NCBI GenBank assembly: GCA_964474835.1
Contig: CAYYUA010000013.1
Span: 1,405-65,404, forward strand
Direction: 5' to 3'
Source of the DNA: an uncultured Sphingobacteriales bacterium
Lineage (GTDB): Bacteria; Bacteroidota; Bacteroidia; CAILMK01; CAYYUA01
Length of the DNA: 64,000 nucleotides
A model generated the notes under the pieces. The model had not been told where the DNA came from and made no database searches. It saw only the letters and a list, made by a program, of their open reading frames with translations. The position numbers were made by a program, and so were the translations under genes. Positions 1 through 9,797 of the stretch are shown here, piece after piece; within the stretch, counting starts at the first letter, position 1; the number at the start of each line of letters is the position of its first letter.

Positions 1-2370
1 GATTTTCCTAATATAAATGTAGCAGTCGAGGAGTTGCAGATCGGTACAATTACCGATTCAGATGGTGCTTATCAGCTGAGCGTACCCTCTGGTCGTCCTT
101 TACTGCTCCAGTTCACTTACCTGAACAGCGTCCAGGTTAAAAAACAAATTGGGCCATTAGACCCTAATGAACGCCTGAAGCTGAACATAAAGCTCAGCAG
201 TAAGCTTAACCTGCAGCGCGTGGAGGTAAGTGAAAAGCAGGATGCCAGTAAAACCAACATGACCAAAATCGATCCGGAAGCTACCAACCTGCTGCCCAAT
301 GCTTCCGGCAGCGGAGTGCAAACCCTTATCAAAACCCTGCCCGGTGTTTCCTCCAGCAATGAGCTAAGCAGCAGTTACTCCGTAAGGGGTGGCAACTACG
401 ATGAGAACATGATCTACATCAACGATGTAGAGATCTACCGTCCCTTTCTGGTAAATGGCGGACGGCAGGAAGGCCTTAGCATCGTAAACAGTGACCTGGT
501 AGGCGAGATCAACTTCTCAGCCGGCGGCTTTGAAGCTCGTTATGGCGATAAAATGTCCTCCGTTCTGGATATCACCTACAAGCGCCCCGATACGTTTGCA
601 GGATCGGCCACAGGGAGCCTGCTTGGCGGAAGGGCTCATGTGGAGGGTAGTAGTGAGGACCATCGCTTTACGTACCTGCTGGGCGTCCGTTACCGGAGTA
701 ACCAATACCTGGTGAACTCCCTTGATGTGGAGGGGAACTACGATCCCGTTTATGCGGATGTACAGTCCTACCTGGCCTATGATATCAACCCCGAGCTTGA
801 AGTAAGCCTGCTAACCCACTACGGGAACAACCAGTACACGCTGAACCCGGAGAGCCGCAGCACCGACTTTGGAACGCCCAGCCGGGTGCTTCGCCTGAAT
901 ATCTTTTTTGAGGGAGAGCAGGAGCTGGCCTATCAGAATCTGCTCAACGCAGCTACGCTCGAGTACCAGCCCAATCCCTCCACCACGCTGAAGTTCATCA
1001 CCTCGGTTTACCAGACTCAGGAATACGAATACTTCGATATCCTCGGCCAGTACCGGCTCTCAGCTATTGAAACCAACCCTGAGTCAGATGATTTCCAGGA
1101 ACCCACTGCCAATCTCGGGGTGGGGAGTTTTCTGCGCCATGCCCGTAATGAGCTGGATGCTACGATTTACAGCGCTCAGCATAAAGGCACCTCCAAGTGG
1201 GGCGAAGAGGGCAACGTCCTGAAGTGGGGCCTTCGCTACCAGCGGGAACTGATCCAGGATGAGTACAATGAATGGCGGCTATTGGACTCAGCCGGCTACT
1301 CCCTGCCAAGGGGCTCAGAGGAGCAGATCCAGCTGGATCGCTCCGCAACCAACACGCTGGACCTGAGCAATAACCGGTTAACTGGATACCTGCAGAACAC
1401 CTTTACCCTGGATGAAGCCAGCAACGCGTTCCTGACGGCAGGCGTAAGGGGGCATTACTGGGACTACAACCAACAAATGCTGGTATCACCCCGGGTTCAG
1501 TTTACCTACGAGCCTAACCGGGCTTACAATCAGGAAGCTATTCTGCAGAAGCCTGACTCCCCGGACCTGAAGCCTAATATCACCCTGAGGGCTTCCGGAG
1601 GAAGTTATCAGCAGCCACCGTTTTACCGGGAGTTCCGCACAAGGGATGGGTCCGTAAACTCTGATATCCAGGCGCAGCGCTCTTACCATGCTGTGGCAGG
1701 CCTGGACTGGGTTTTCGATATCTGGGGGCGGCCGTTCAGGTGGTCCTCATCAGTCTACTACAAGCACATGGAGGACCTGATCCCGTACACCATTGACGAC
1801 ATCCGTATCCGCTACTTTGGCGAAAACAGTGCCACTGGCTACGCTGTAGGCTGGGATAATAAGATCTATGGTGAGTTTGTAAAGGGCCTTCCTTCCTGGC
1901 TGAGTCTATCGATCATGCAGACCAAGGCTGATATTGATGAATCAGAATTGGAAGGAGATCAGGAGGAGCAGGGTTACATCCGGCGGCCGCAGGATCAGCG
2001 CGTTCAGTTCGGCCTGTATTTCCAGGATTTCCTGCCCAATTTCCCGGAGTACAAAGTCTTTCTGAATACGGTTTTCGGCTCTAACCTGCCGCTGAGCCCG
2101 CCAGACAAACCAACTCAGCGCGGTGACTTCCAGACAGACGCCTATTCAAGGGTGGACATTGGCTTCTCCAGACGCATAAATACGCAGCAAACAGACGGAT
2201 TCTTGTCTTTTTCCAATAACCTGTGGGTGAGCCTGGAAGTGCTGAACCTGCTGAATACCCGGAATACAGTCTCCTACTTCTGGGCGCGGGATATCCGGGG
2301 CGGGCAGTGGGCCATTCCAAACTATTCTACTGCCAGACGGGTTAACCTAAAGTTAAAACTTGATTTTTAA
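1..2370 (+). CDS. TonB-dependent outer-membrane receptor, 5' partial (N-terminus lies upstream of the window)
   Basis: The frame is open to the window edge. It has a carboxypeptidase-regulatory-like motif (GTITDSDGAYQLSV), a plug and barrel-like length, and a C-terminal aromatic residue typical of OM beta-barrels (KLKLDF). Confidence 0.75.
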   Translation, partial: DFPNINVAVEELQIGTITDSDGAYQLSVPSGRPLLLQFTYLNSVQVKKQIGPLDPNERLKLNIKLSSKLNLQRVEVSEKQDASKTNMTKIDPEATNLLPNASGSGVQTLIKTLPGVSSSNELSSSYSVRGGNYDENMIYINDVEIYRPFLVNGGRQEGLSIVNSDLVGEINFSAGGFEARYGDKMSSVLDITYKRPDTFAGSATGSLLGGRAHVEGSSEDHRFTYLLGVRYRSNQYLVNSLDVEGNYDPVYADVQSYLAYDINPELEVSLLTHYGNNQYTLNPESRSTDFGTPSRVLRLNIFFEGEQELAYQNLLNAATLEYQPNPSTTLKFITSVYQTQEYEYFDILGQYRLSAIETNPESDDFQEPTANLGVGSFLRHARNELDATIYSAQHKGTSKWGEEGNVLKWGLRYQRELIQDEYNEWRLLDSAGYSLPRGSEEQIQLDRSATNTLDLSNNRLTGYLQNTFTLDEASNAFLTAGVRGHYWDYNQQMLVSPRVQFTYEPNRAYNQEAILQKPDSPDLKPNITLRASGGSYQQPPFYREFRTRDGSVNSDIQAQRSYHAVAGLDWVFDIWGRPFRWSSSVYYKHMEDLIPYTIDDIRIRYFGENSATGYAVGWDNKIYGEFVKGLPSWLSLSIMQTKADIDESELEGDQEEQGYIRRPQDQRVQFGLYFQDFLPNFPEYKVFLNTVFGSNLPLSPPDKPTQRGDFQTDAYSRVDIGFSRRINTQQTDGFLSFSNNLWVSLEVLNLLNTRNTVSYFWARDIRGGQWAIPNYSTARRVNLKLKLDF

Positions 2371-2397
2371 ACCTTTTCAATCAGGATAAAACTTGCT

Positions 2398-3546
2398 ATG
2401 AAATTTGAAACTAAAACGGTTCATAAGGGTGCCCATCCCGACCCCTCTACAGGGGCTATTATGACACCGATCTATCAAACCTCTACCTATGTGCAGGAAG
2501 GCCCTGGCCAGCATCAGGGTTATGAGTATGCCCGGGTCCAGAACCCTACACGCTCAGCCTTAGAGGAAAACATTGCCTCGCTGGAAGAGGCAAAATATGG
2601 CTTTGCCTTCAGCAGTGGGATGAGTGCCATTGATGCTGTCCTGCGCACCCTGCACCCGGGCGATGAGGTGATCGCCACCAATGACCTCTACGGGGGTACT
2701 TACCGCCTCTTCACTCAGGTTCTCGAGCAGGTGGGCCTGAAGTTTAAGTTTGTTGACACAAGCTCGATTGCAGCTATTGAGGAAGCTGTGGGCCCGGATA
2801 CCCGGATGCTCTGGGTGGAAACGCCCACAAACCCGGTCCTGAAGGTTACAGACCTCCGGGAAGCTGCGCGGATTGCCAAGCGTAACAACCTGCTTTTTTG
2901 TGTGGACAACACCTTCTCATCGCCCTATCTTCAGCAGCCATTGGTTGAAGGAGCTGACGTTGTGATTCACTCAGCCACTAAGTTCCTCGGTGGTCACTCT
3001 GATGTGGTGCTGGGCACGCTGGCCTGCAACGATGATGAGCTGGCTGAGCAGATCCACTTCATCCAGAAGTCCGTAGGGGCTACACCGGGCCCGCAGGATA
3101 GCTTCCTGGTTCTGCGCGGCATCAAAACCCTCCATGTGCGGATGCCGGTCCACTGCAGTAATGCCAGGGCTGTTGTGGAGCTTCTGCAAACCCATCCGCG
3201 GGTGGATAAGATCCACTGGCCCGGTCTGCCTGAAAGCACCAATCATGAAGTAGCCAGGCAGCAGATGCGGGACTTTGGCGGTATGGTGTCCTTCACCCTG
3301 AAGGGGGATTCATTTGAAGAAGCTACAAAAGTCCTGCAGCATACGCAGGTATTTTCCCTGGCCGAATCCCTTGGGGGAGTCGAATCCCTTATTGGTCACC
3401 CGGCCAGTATGACGCATGCTTCCATTCCCAAAGCAAACCGCGAGCAGCTCGGGATATCTGATAGTTTCATCCGCCTGAGCGTTGGCATAGAGCACCAGGA
3501 AGACCTGTTGGAAGATCTCCAGCAAGCTTTAGACGCGGACGGTTAA
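2398..3546 (+). CDS. PLP-dependent Cys/Met-metabolism enzyme (cystathionine gamma-synthase / beta-lyase / Met gamma-lyase family)
   Basis: The N-terminus MKFETKTVHKG...TPIYQTSTY and the AT-KFLGGHSD lysine region are family hallmarks. It starts 27 bp after the receptor gene. Confidence 0.8.
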   Translation: MKFETKTVHKGAHPDPSTGAIMTPIYQTSTYVQEGPGQHQGYEYARVQNPTRSALEENIASLEEAKYGFAFSSGMSAIDAVLRTLHPGDEVIATNDLYGGTYRLFTQVLEQVGLKFKFVDTSSIAAIEEAVGPDTRMLWVETPTNPVLKVTDLREAARIAKRNNLLFCVDNTFSSPYLQQPLVEGADVVIHSATKFLGGHSDVVLGTLACNDDELAEQIHFIQKSVGATPGPQDSFLVLRGIKTLHVRMPVHCSNARAVVELLQTHPRVDKIHWPGLPESTNHEVARQQMRDFGGMVSFTLKGDSFEEATKVLQHTQVFSLAESLGGVESLIGHPASMTHASIPKANREQLGISDSFIRLSVGIEHQEDLLEDLQQALDADG

Positions 3547-3574
3547 TTAGCAAAACAACCCCTCGTGACAGACC

Positions 3575-4444
3575 ATGGGCTTTCTAAAAAACCTGGAATA
3601 CCGCTTCCGACTAAAGCGCTACAGCCGTCAGGCCTGGCAGTATGTGCTTAACAACCCACACGCTTTCGATGACCTGGAAAAAGTGTGCCTGTTTATTGGG
3701 TATCAGCGTAGTAGTCACTCCCTCATGGGCTCAATTCTGGATGCCCATCCGGAGGCTGTGGTAGCGCATGAGCTGGATGCCCTCACTTACGTAAAAGAAG
3801 GCTTTAGCCGGGAGCAGCTCTTTGCCCTGATGCTCCAGAATAGCCAGCATCACGGGCGCAAGGGACGTGAGCAAACTGGGTATTCCTACCAAGTGCCGAA
3901 TCAGTATCAGGGAACGTGTAACAAGCTAAGGGTGATCGGAGATAAGCGGGGTAACCGCACCAGCCAGTGGCTGCGGACCAATCCTGAACTACTCGGGGAG
4001 CTGAAGCAACTGATCAGGCTACCGCTGCACTTTGTGCACGTAACGCGGAACCCCTTCGACAACATCGCAACCATGGCCAAGCGGGACCGGCGGGTAAAGG
4101 GAAACACAGCAAAAATAACAGAAGGCATCCTCGAGCACGCTAAAAATGAATACATCCGGACCTCTCAGGTTATTGAAAGGGTTCGCAACCAGCTGGATGA
4201 CGGAGAATTCTTTACCATGCACATTGAGGATTTTCTGGCTTATCCCGGCCATTACCTCAGGGAGCTCATGGGCTTTCTCGATCTCCCGGTGACGGAACAG
4301 TACCTGGCAGACGCTCAGCGTATCCTGTTTAGTCAGCCCCGGAAGTCTCGTTTCAGCATTAGCTGGCCTACTCACATGATCGAAGAAGTGGAGCAATACG
4401 TCCAGACCTTCTACTGCCTCAGGGACTACCACTTTAATGACTAA
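3575..4444 (+). CDS. sulfotransferase family protein
   Basis: It carries a PAPS 5'-phosphosulfate-binding loop (GYQRSSHSLMGSIL...HP) and a 3'-phosphate motif (VTRNPFDNIATMAKR). Confidence 0.6.
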   Translation: MGFLKNLEYRFRLKRYSRQAWQYVLNNPHAFDDLEKVCLFIGYQRSSHSLMGSILDAHPEAVVAHELDALTYVKEGFSREQLFALMLQNSQHHGRKGREQTGYSYQVPNQYQGTCNKLRVIGDKRGNRTSQWLRTNPELLGELKQLIRLPLHFVHVTRNPFDNIATMAKRDRRVKGNTAKITEGILEHAKNEYIRTSQVIERVRNQLDDGEFFTMHIEDFLAYPGHYLRELMGFLDLPVTEQYLADAQRILFSQPRKSRFSISWPTHMIEEVEQYVQTFYCLRDYHFND

Positions 4445-4465
4445 GGGCAGAAGCAGGGTTAGGTC

Positions 4466-5254
4466 ATGGGGCTTAAGGATCTGAAGACTTTTCTGACAGA
4501 GAAGGCTGAGCATTACAACCATCCCGCCTTTATTGAGGCTGATCCCATTGCGTTGCCCCACGCCTTCCAGAAACCACAGGACATTGAAATCGTGAGTTTT
4601 TTCGCGGCTATCATGGCCTGGGGGCAGCGAAAAACCATCCTTAACAAAGGATGGGAGCTCATCAGGAAGATGGACTACCAGCCCCACCAGTTTGTGAAGC
4701 ATCACGAACCGGCTGATCTGGCAGTTTTTGGCGATTTTGTGCACCGCACACTCCAGCCAGCCGATGTACAGGGTATCCTGCAGTTTCTTCAGCAGCATTA
4801 CCGCACTTACGACTCCATGGAAGTGCTTTTTCTACCGGAGGACCCGGAGGCAGAAGAGCCGCTGGAAGATGGATTAATACAATTCCACCGTGCCTTTGCT
4901 GCCTCTGAACTACTACCCGCCCGAACCCTGAAGCACATTGCAACGCCTGCTAAAAAAGCTGCCTGCAAGCGGTTAAACATGTTCCTGCGGTGGATGGTCC
5001 GCTACGATGACAGGGGTGTTGATTTCGGGCTATGGCGGCAGCTAAAGGCTGCTGATCTCTTCTGCCCGGTGGATGTGCATGTAGCGCGGATGGCGCGCCA
5101 CCTCAATTTGCTGGGGCGTAAGCAGGCCGACTGGCAGGCAACCAAAGAGCTAACCAGCGCCCTCCGTCAGCTTGATCCTGATGATCCGGTAAGGTTTGAT
5201 TTTGCCTTGTTCGGCCTTGGTATCGAAGGCTTTGCCGCCCACGCTAATGCTTGA
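4466..5254 (+). CDS. TIGR02757/DUF2400-family conserved hypothetical protein
   Basis: Its size and N-terminal pattern (HYNHPAFIEADPIALPH...AAIMAWGQRK) match my recollection of this Bacteroidetes-enriched family. This is recall, not a search. Confidence 0.4.
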   Translation: MGLKDLKTFLTEKAEHYNHPAFIEADPIALPHAFQKPQDIEIVSFFAAIMAWGQRKTILNKGWELIRKMDYQPHQFVKHHEPADLAVFGDFVHRTLQPADVQGILQFLQQHYRTYDSMEVLFLPEDPEAEEPLEDGLIQFHRAFAASELLPARTLKHIATPAKKAACKRLNMFLRWMVRYDDRGVDFGLWRQLKAADLFCPVDVHVARMARHLNLLGRKQADWQATKELTSALRQLDPDDPVRFDFALFGLGIEGFAAHANA

Positions 5255-5379
5255 TCATTCCCTACCGATCAGATAACCCTTGAGGCCCTTTTTCTGACAA
5301 TAGCGCCCTTCACAAATTGCTATATTCGTTCCCGTAAAAAACCTGTGATAATGGACTGTGTCCGTTGTCTGCCGTGCTT

Positions 5380-5952
5380 ATGAAAGGCTTTTTCAAGCAG
5401 TTTCTCCTGAATTACCGCAAGACCGGCGCTATTTCTGCATCGTCAGAGAACCTTGGAACGCAGTTTATTGAATCTTCTAACCTGACCAACGCCAAGCGGG
5501 TTGTCGAGCTTGGCTCTGGCTCGGGAGTGCTGACCCGCAAAATCGTGGATAACCTGGCTCCGGAGGCCGACTTTTTCGCAATGGAGATCAATCCGGTTTT
5601 CGTGCGGGAAACGCGGAAGCGATGCCCGGAAGCTCCTGTTTACAAGGATTCAGCGCATCACCTGAACCGGTACGTCAGCCAGCATAACTGGAGCGGGGTG
5701 GACTGTATCATTTCAGGGCTGCCTTGGTCCCTGTTCAAGCCGCGCTTTCAGGAGATCCTGCTGGAAGAGATCCTGGAAAACCTGAATCCCGGCGGGGAGT
5801 TCCTTACGTTCGCCTACATCCATGGCTTATTCCTGCCATCCGGCCGGATCTACCGGAAAAAACTACCAGGTAAATTCAGCCTTGTAGACCATTCCAGAAT
5901 CGTATGGAAAAATGCCCCGCCTGCCCTGGTTTACCGGGCTAAGAAGGCCTGA
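5380..5952 (+). CDS. class I SAM-dependent methyltransferase
   Basis: SAM-binding motif I is present (VVELGSGSGVLTRKIV). The ORF track begins at a TTG at 5365. The ATG at 5380 (MKGFFKQ) is the likelier start. Confidence 0.6.
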   Translation: MKGFFKQFLLNYRKTGAISASSENLGTQFIESSNLTNAKRVVELGSGSGVLTRKIVDNLAPEADFFAMEINPVFVRETRKRCPEAPVYKDSAHHLNRYVSQHNWSGVDCIISGLPWSLFKPRFQEILLEEILENLNPGGEFLTFAYIHGLFLPSGRIYRKKLPGKFSLVDHSRIVWKNAPPALVYRAKKA

Positions 5953-5986
5953 AAACGCTACGTTTCCTCCTCAGAAAGCTAGCTCT

Positions 5987-6955
5987 ATGATTACAGTAAT
6001 CCCTGTGAACCTCCAGTGTGGGTATCGAGCGCTGATAGTACTGGCTATGGCGGCATTACTTCAGGGCTGTGGCCTGTTTAGCAGTCAGGAAGAGGCAACG
6101 CGCCGGCCCAAGCAGGAGCCACTGGTCTGGAAGGTTCAGAAGAACCGGATGGCTCCGCCCTTGTACCTGATGGCGCACCAATACCCCAACGCTAAATCCT
6201 ATCTGCCACACGGGCGCATGTATACCAGCCTGATACAGAAAGTTGACTCAGTCCTTATTCCCTATGATCAGCCCAGAAACCTGATCTACAAGGAAATAGC
6301 CCTTACTAGCGAGATGGATGACGGGCTCATTGTGGACTCGCTGATCAGCCCGGAAGCCCGTAAGCAACTCAGATCAGCGCTCGAGCAGGTTAGAAGGGTG
6401 GATTTGTCAGATGTGCGGGAGGCTCCACCCCTGGCAATAGCTGAGCTCCTGATCCCAGTCTTGCGGAATGGCAATCAGCATCCGACTTACGTCAGGGAAG
6501 TATGGAAGCGCCGGAATGAACCTTATCGCTCGGTCAGCGGTGTGCTTTCTACCTCTGCCGCCCAAAAACGCTATCAGCAAATTGATTACCAGGAACAGGG
6601 AAAAGCCCTGGAGCAGGTGCTGACCAATCAGCGATCCGTTAAAAGCGGGCTCTATGAGATGGCTAATGCCTATGAAATCCCGAATTATAAGGCTATCCGG
6701 CAAGCACAGAATAAGGCTTATCCATTCTTAGCTGCCCATGAAGCTGTACTGCTTAGCCCGGTGAAAGAACGATGGTTCCAGGCTATACAGCAACGTATAG
6801 GTTCAGTATCCATGCTGGCACTGGTCAGGGCCAGGCACTTAACCGGGAACAAGGGGTTGGTACAGCAACTCAAGGAAGCCGGCTACGAGGTAGCTCCCCA
6901 CCGGATCAGTTCCCTGAAGGTTCCCTCTCCGAATGATAGCACACAGAAGCAGTAG
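5987..6955 (+). CDS. lipoprotein, possibly TraB/GumN family
   Basis: The internal ATG at 5987 gives a signal peptide plus lipobox (LLQGC) and avoids overlap with the upstream gene. The LVWKVQKN...PLYLMAHQYP block resembles the GumN N-terminus. Confidence 0.4.
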   Translation: MITVIPVNLQCGYRALIVLAMAALLQGCGLFSSQEEATRRPKQEPLVWKVQKNRMAPPLYLMAHQYPNAKSYLPHGRMYTSLIQKVDSVLIPYDQPRNLIYKEIALTSEMDDGLIVDSLISPEARKQLRSALEQVRRVDLSDVREAPPLAIAELLIPVLRNGNQHPTYVREVWKRRNEPYRSVSGVLSTSAAQKRYQQIDYQEQGKALEQVLTNQRSVKSGLYEMANAYEIPNYKAIRQAQNKAYPFLAAHEAVLLSPVKERWFQAIQQRIGSVSMLALVRARHLTGNKGLVQQLKEAGYEVAPHRISSLKVPSPNDSTQKQ

Positions 6956-7108
6956 CTCGTGCTCAAATCTGGCTTATTGCTTACCTAACGGCTCCAGGCC
7001 AATCAGAGGCTACAGATGCTTTTCTGAGCATTTTTAGCATAAGCAGATAACCCACAAGAACTATAAGAACCCCGGCTTCCATACAAACCCTGAGGAAGGC
7101 TATTAAAA

Positions 7109-7135
7109 AAGCCCGGTTACTAACTAACCGGGCTT
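7109..7135. terminator. intrinsic terminator hairpin between convergent genes (11-bp stem AAGCCCGGTTA/TAACCGGGCTT)
   Basis: A perfect inverted repeat with a 5-nt loop is flanked by an A-run on the + strand, which is a T-run on the - strand. It lies between the 3' ends of 5987..6955(+) and 7175..9658(-). Confidence 0.5.
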
Positions 7136-7174
7136 ATTCTGATCTATAGAAGCCTCGCTGATTATGCAGCTTGT

Positions 7175-9658
7175 TTACTCCACGATAAAACGTTTGACGG
7201 CCTCTCCTTCATTGCTTTGTAACCTGAGGAAATATGCACCACTCTTGAGAGAAAGGCCATCCAGTGTTGCCGCCTGCTTACCGCCATCGATTGCTAGGCT
7301 GCCTGATAGCAAGGTCTGGCCAGCACTATTAGTGATCTGATACTGAGGCTCATTGAGGCCTTCCGGCAGTTGAATATTCAACGTTGACTTAACGGGATTC
7401 GGATAAACCTCAATATCCCCTTCGGCCAGCTGGTCTGGGAAAGCAGTATTGGCAATGGTATCCACTGTTACCGTCTTACAAACGGAGTCTACATCGCAAG
7501 GGCCTCTGGCTATCTGGCACACCTTGTATTGGCCGGTTTGGGTGAAGGTGTGTTTGGCCTTTCGGGTGCTATCCTCTTCCCCATCTCCGTAAGTATACCT
7601 GATAACACCGGCATTCTGGCTCGTATCAGTCACCTGAACCGTGTTTGTATCCTGTGACAGGGAAAAGCCGGCTGTTACTTCCGAACACCCAACGGTAAAG
7701 CTCCTGCGTACCTGCCGGCCAAAGTTCGGCTCCAGCACGCCACCTTGAATAGGGAGTGGAGTTCCGAGCTCCAGGAAGGTAGCTGACCCATCACTTTCAT
7801 CATTGGCAAAGAAGGAAAGGCCATCGCCAGCCCCGATCCGGCCCTTTGCATTCCGTAAAATGAACTCGTAGCAACCGGGTGAGAGGTCGAAGGTGTCGAT
7901 GTTGCGCTGCTCAGCTTTGAAGCTGGAGCGCTGGCGGACGATCTCACCGGATTTGCGCCTTAGCACGTAGGATAACTCCCCGGGAGCATCGTTCGCTGTT
8001 AACCGGAAGCGGAATTCCCCGGGGAATTCATTGACGGTTTGGTAAGTGCTCCGGGCTTCGTTGTTGTGCTTATACTCATCAGCCTGACCATTCGGATTGC
8101 TAACCAAGACCTCAAATGTCTTAGGGCCTTGCTCGGAAGGCCCGTACAGCGGATTAGGGCTGGGTAGCTGTACGGTATCCCGCTTCATAAATGAAAGGTC
8201 GCCATTCCATTGGTACTCCATTTTCTCCCGGTCCTGAGCCCCGTACTTGATAGTAGCGCTGGTGATCGGGTTAGCGCCCCTGTTCTCGATAACAACAGCC
8301 GGGTTGCCACATGTAGGATTATAGCGATCTTGGTTAGCCTGGTCATTGGGGGAAAGGATACGAGTGATCGCAATATCCCGGTCAAAGTTCTTTGGGCCGT
8401 AGGCTATAAACTGCCCGTCCACAACCCAGCGCGGGTCAGTGAAGTCGCGGTTGGGCTCTATGAAATTATGAGGCTGCATATTCACTTCCATGGTAAAGTC
8501 CTCACCCGCATCTACAAGGTTAGAGATATCATGGTCATACGGATAGCTCTCTGTTCCGGGGCACCAGTTAGTCCGCGAGTAGATCCAGGTGCCGGTCTGA
8601 GGATAAACGGGTGTAAGGTCGCAGTCATTTCGCCAGACGGTTTGCTGAGCCTGCCGGTTACCATTGACAAACAAGCGGTACCATTTCTTGCAGAACTCGG
8701 CACAGTTGCCACCGGCTTCCCCGAATCCGTGACCTTTAATGCTCATCCGGATCTTGGCATCCTCAGCGTTTTGAGGCATAGTGAGCTGACGCTGAACAAA
8801 GCGGTCATTGTTGATATCAGAGGTATCAAAGCTGTAGTACCAACCTGTTGCCGGGCTCTTGTAAAGGTTCTGAACCTTAACCGGATCCCGTGGTGGCGTG
8901 CCTTCGATCATGATAAACTTAAAACTGATGGTAAAGCCATCGCGGGGACCGCGGTAAAAGGCCCTCAGCCGCTGATCGCCCTTTAGCAGCTCTTGGTAGT
9001 CTGTTACATCAAAGTACCAGGGATAGAAAAAGCCTTTTTCCTTTCGGCCAGAGTAAGGCGTAGCTGCTCGCCCTATCTCAATGGGTTCCCCATAAATGGT
9101 ATCCACCCGGTTGTCCAGGACAGCACTGGCTTGTACATAGTGTGAGTCTACTACCTGGCCCGCCTGATTGGTATCAACGATGTACCGGTCGGCTCTCCAG
9201 TAATTCTCTGTTCGTACTGGCTCGTCCGGGCTCATGTTATGGAAGGTCACCCGGACCGGATCTTTTTCTACAGAGTCTACAATGGTGGAACCAGCGTAGA
9301 TATATTGGTAAACAGGATCCGCTTGGTATTTGAAACTATCCGGAATGCTACCTGCTACTTTGAAATCCGGCAGGTAAGTCTCCCGGCCTGTGGAATCGTA
9401 AACGGCAAACTTAGTGGTGTAGTCCCACTGGCTACAGCCCTTGTCAGGGCAGCCCAGGGTGGTCTTCATCCAGATGCGCTGGTAACTTTTATCGTTATCC
9501 GGAAACTCAGCGCTGGTGTAGTAACCACCATAGCCACTCCAGTGCAGGGTGTCTTTGGCGTATACAACTGTGGTATCGCCAGGGCCGGCATTTGCTGAAA
9601 ATCCTGACCCTAACAGAATAATAAAAGTAAAAGCAGTGAGTAGCAGTCTATTGCCCAT
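7175..9658 (-). CDS. secreted PNGase F-like (peptide-N-glycosidase F fold) protein with PKD domain and T9SS C-terminal sorting domain
   Basis: It has a signal peptide (MGNRLLLTAFTFIILLGSGFSANA). The CPDKGCSQWD and GHGFGEAGGNCAEFC...NWCPGT blocks resemble PNGase F CPNKTCDEWD and CAEWC...WCPG. A PKD-like stretch (YTYGDGEEDSTRKAKHTFTQTGQYKV) and a CTD (EVYPNPVKSTLNIQL...FIVE) follow. Confidence 0.6.
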   Translation of the reverse strand: MGNRLLLTAFTFIILLGSGFSANAGPGDTTVVYAKDTLHWSGYGGYYTSAEFPDNDKSYQRIWMKTTLGCPDKGCSQWDYTTKFAVYDSTGRETYLPDFKVAGSIPDSFKYQADPVYQYIYAGSTIVDSVEKDPVRVTFHNMSPDEPVRTENYWRADRYIVDTNQAGQVVDSHYVQASAVLDNRVDTIYGEPIEIGRAATPYSGRKEKGFFYPWYFDVTDYQELLKGDQRLRAFYRGPRDGFTISFKFIMIEGTPPRDPVKVQNLYKSPATGWYYSFDTSDINNDRFVQRQLTMPQNAEDAKIRMSIKGHGFGEAGGNCAEFCKKWYRLFVNGNRQAQQTVWRNDCDLTPVYPQTGTWIYSRTNWCPGTESYPYDHDISNLVDAGEDFTMEVNMQPHNFIEPNRDFTDPRWVVDGQFIAYGPKNFDRDIAITRILSPNDQANQDRYNPTCGNPAVVIENRGANPITSATIKYGAQDREKMEYQWNGDLSFMKRDTVQLPSPNPLYGPSEQGPKTFEVLVSNPNGQADEYKHNNEARSTYQTVNEFPGEFRFRLTANDAPGELSYVLRRKSGEIVRQRSSFKAEQRNIDTFDLSPGCYEFILRNAKGRIGAGDGLSFFANDESDGSATFLELGTPLPIQGGVLEPNFGRQVRRSFTVGCSEVTAGFSLSQDTNTVQVTDTSQNAGVIRYTYGDGEEDSTRKAKHTFTQTGQYKVCQIARGPCDVDSVCKTVTVDTIANTAFPDQLAEGDIEVYPNPVKSTLNIQLPEGLNEPQYQITNSAGQTLLSGSLAIDGGKQAATLDGLSLKSGAYFLRLQSNEGEAVKRFIVE

Positions 9659-9797
9659 AGGACCGAACCGTTTTTAAATAACATCGGCAAATTAACGAAA
9701 ACTTAAAAGATACCCGGATGACTGGCGTATTGTTCCAATCTGCGGGAATTCGGGCTTTACCTTTGTTAATCCTGTCAAAGCCCAAAAAGCCCTATTA

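Noticed and set aside
2371-2397. Possible SAM or other riboswitch upstream of the metB-like gene, and a TPP riboswitch upstream of dxs
   Set aside because: The gap before the metB-like gene is only 27 bp. The 139-bp dxs leader lacks the conserved CUGAGA/GGGG TPP aptamer elements.
4019-4798. 259-aa antisense ORF spanning the sulfotransferase and TIGR02757 genes
   Set aside because: It is a shadow ORF crossing two convincing + strand genes.
8210-8986. 258-aa ORF antisense to the PNGase F-like gene
   Set aside because: It is a shadow ORF. The coding strand has the signal peptide, domain motifs and T9SS CTD.
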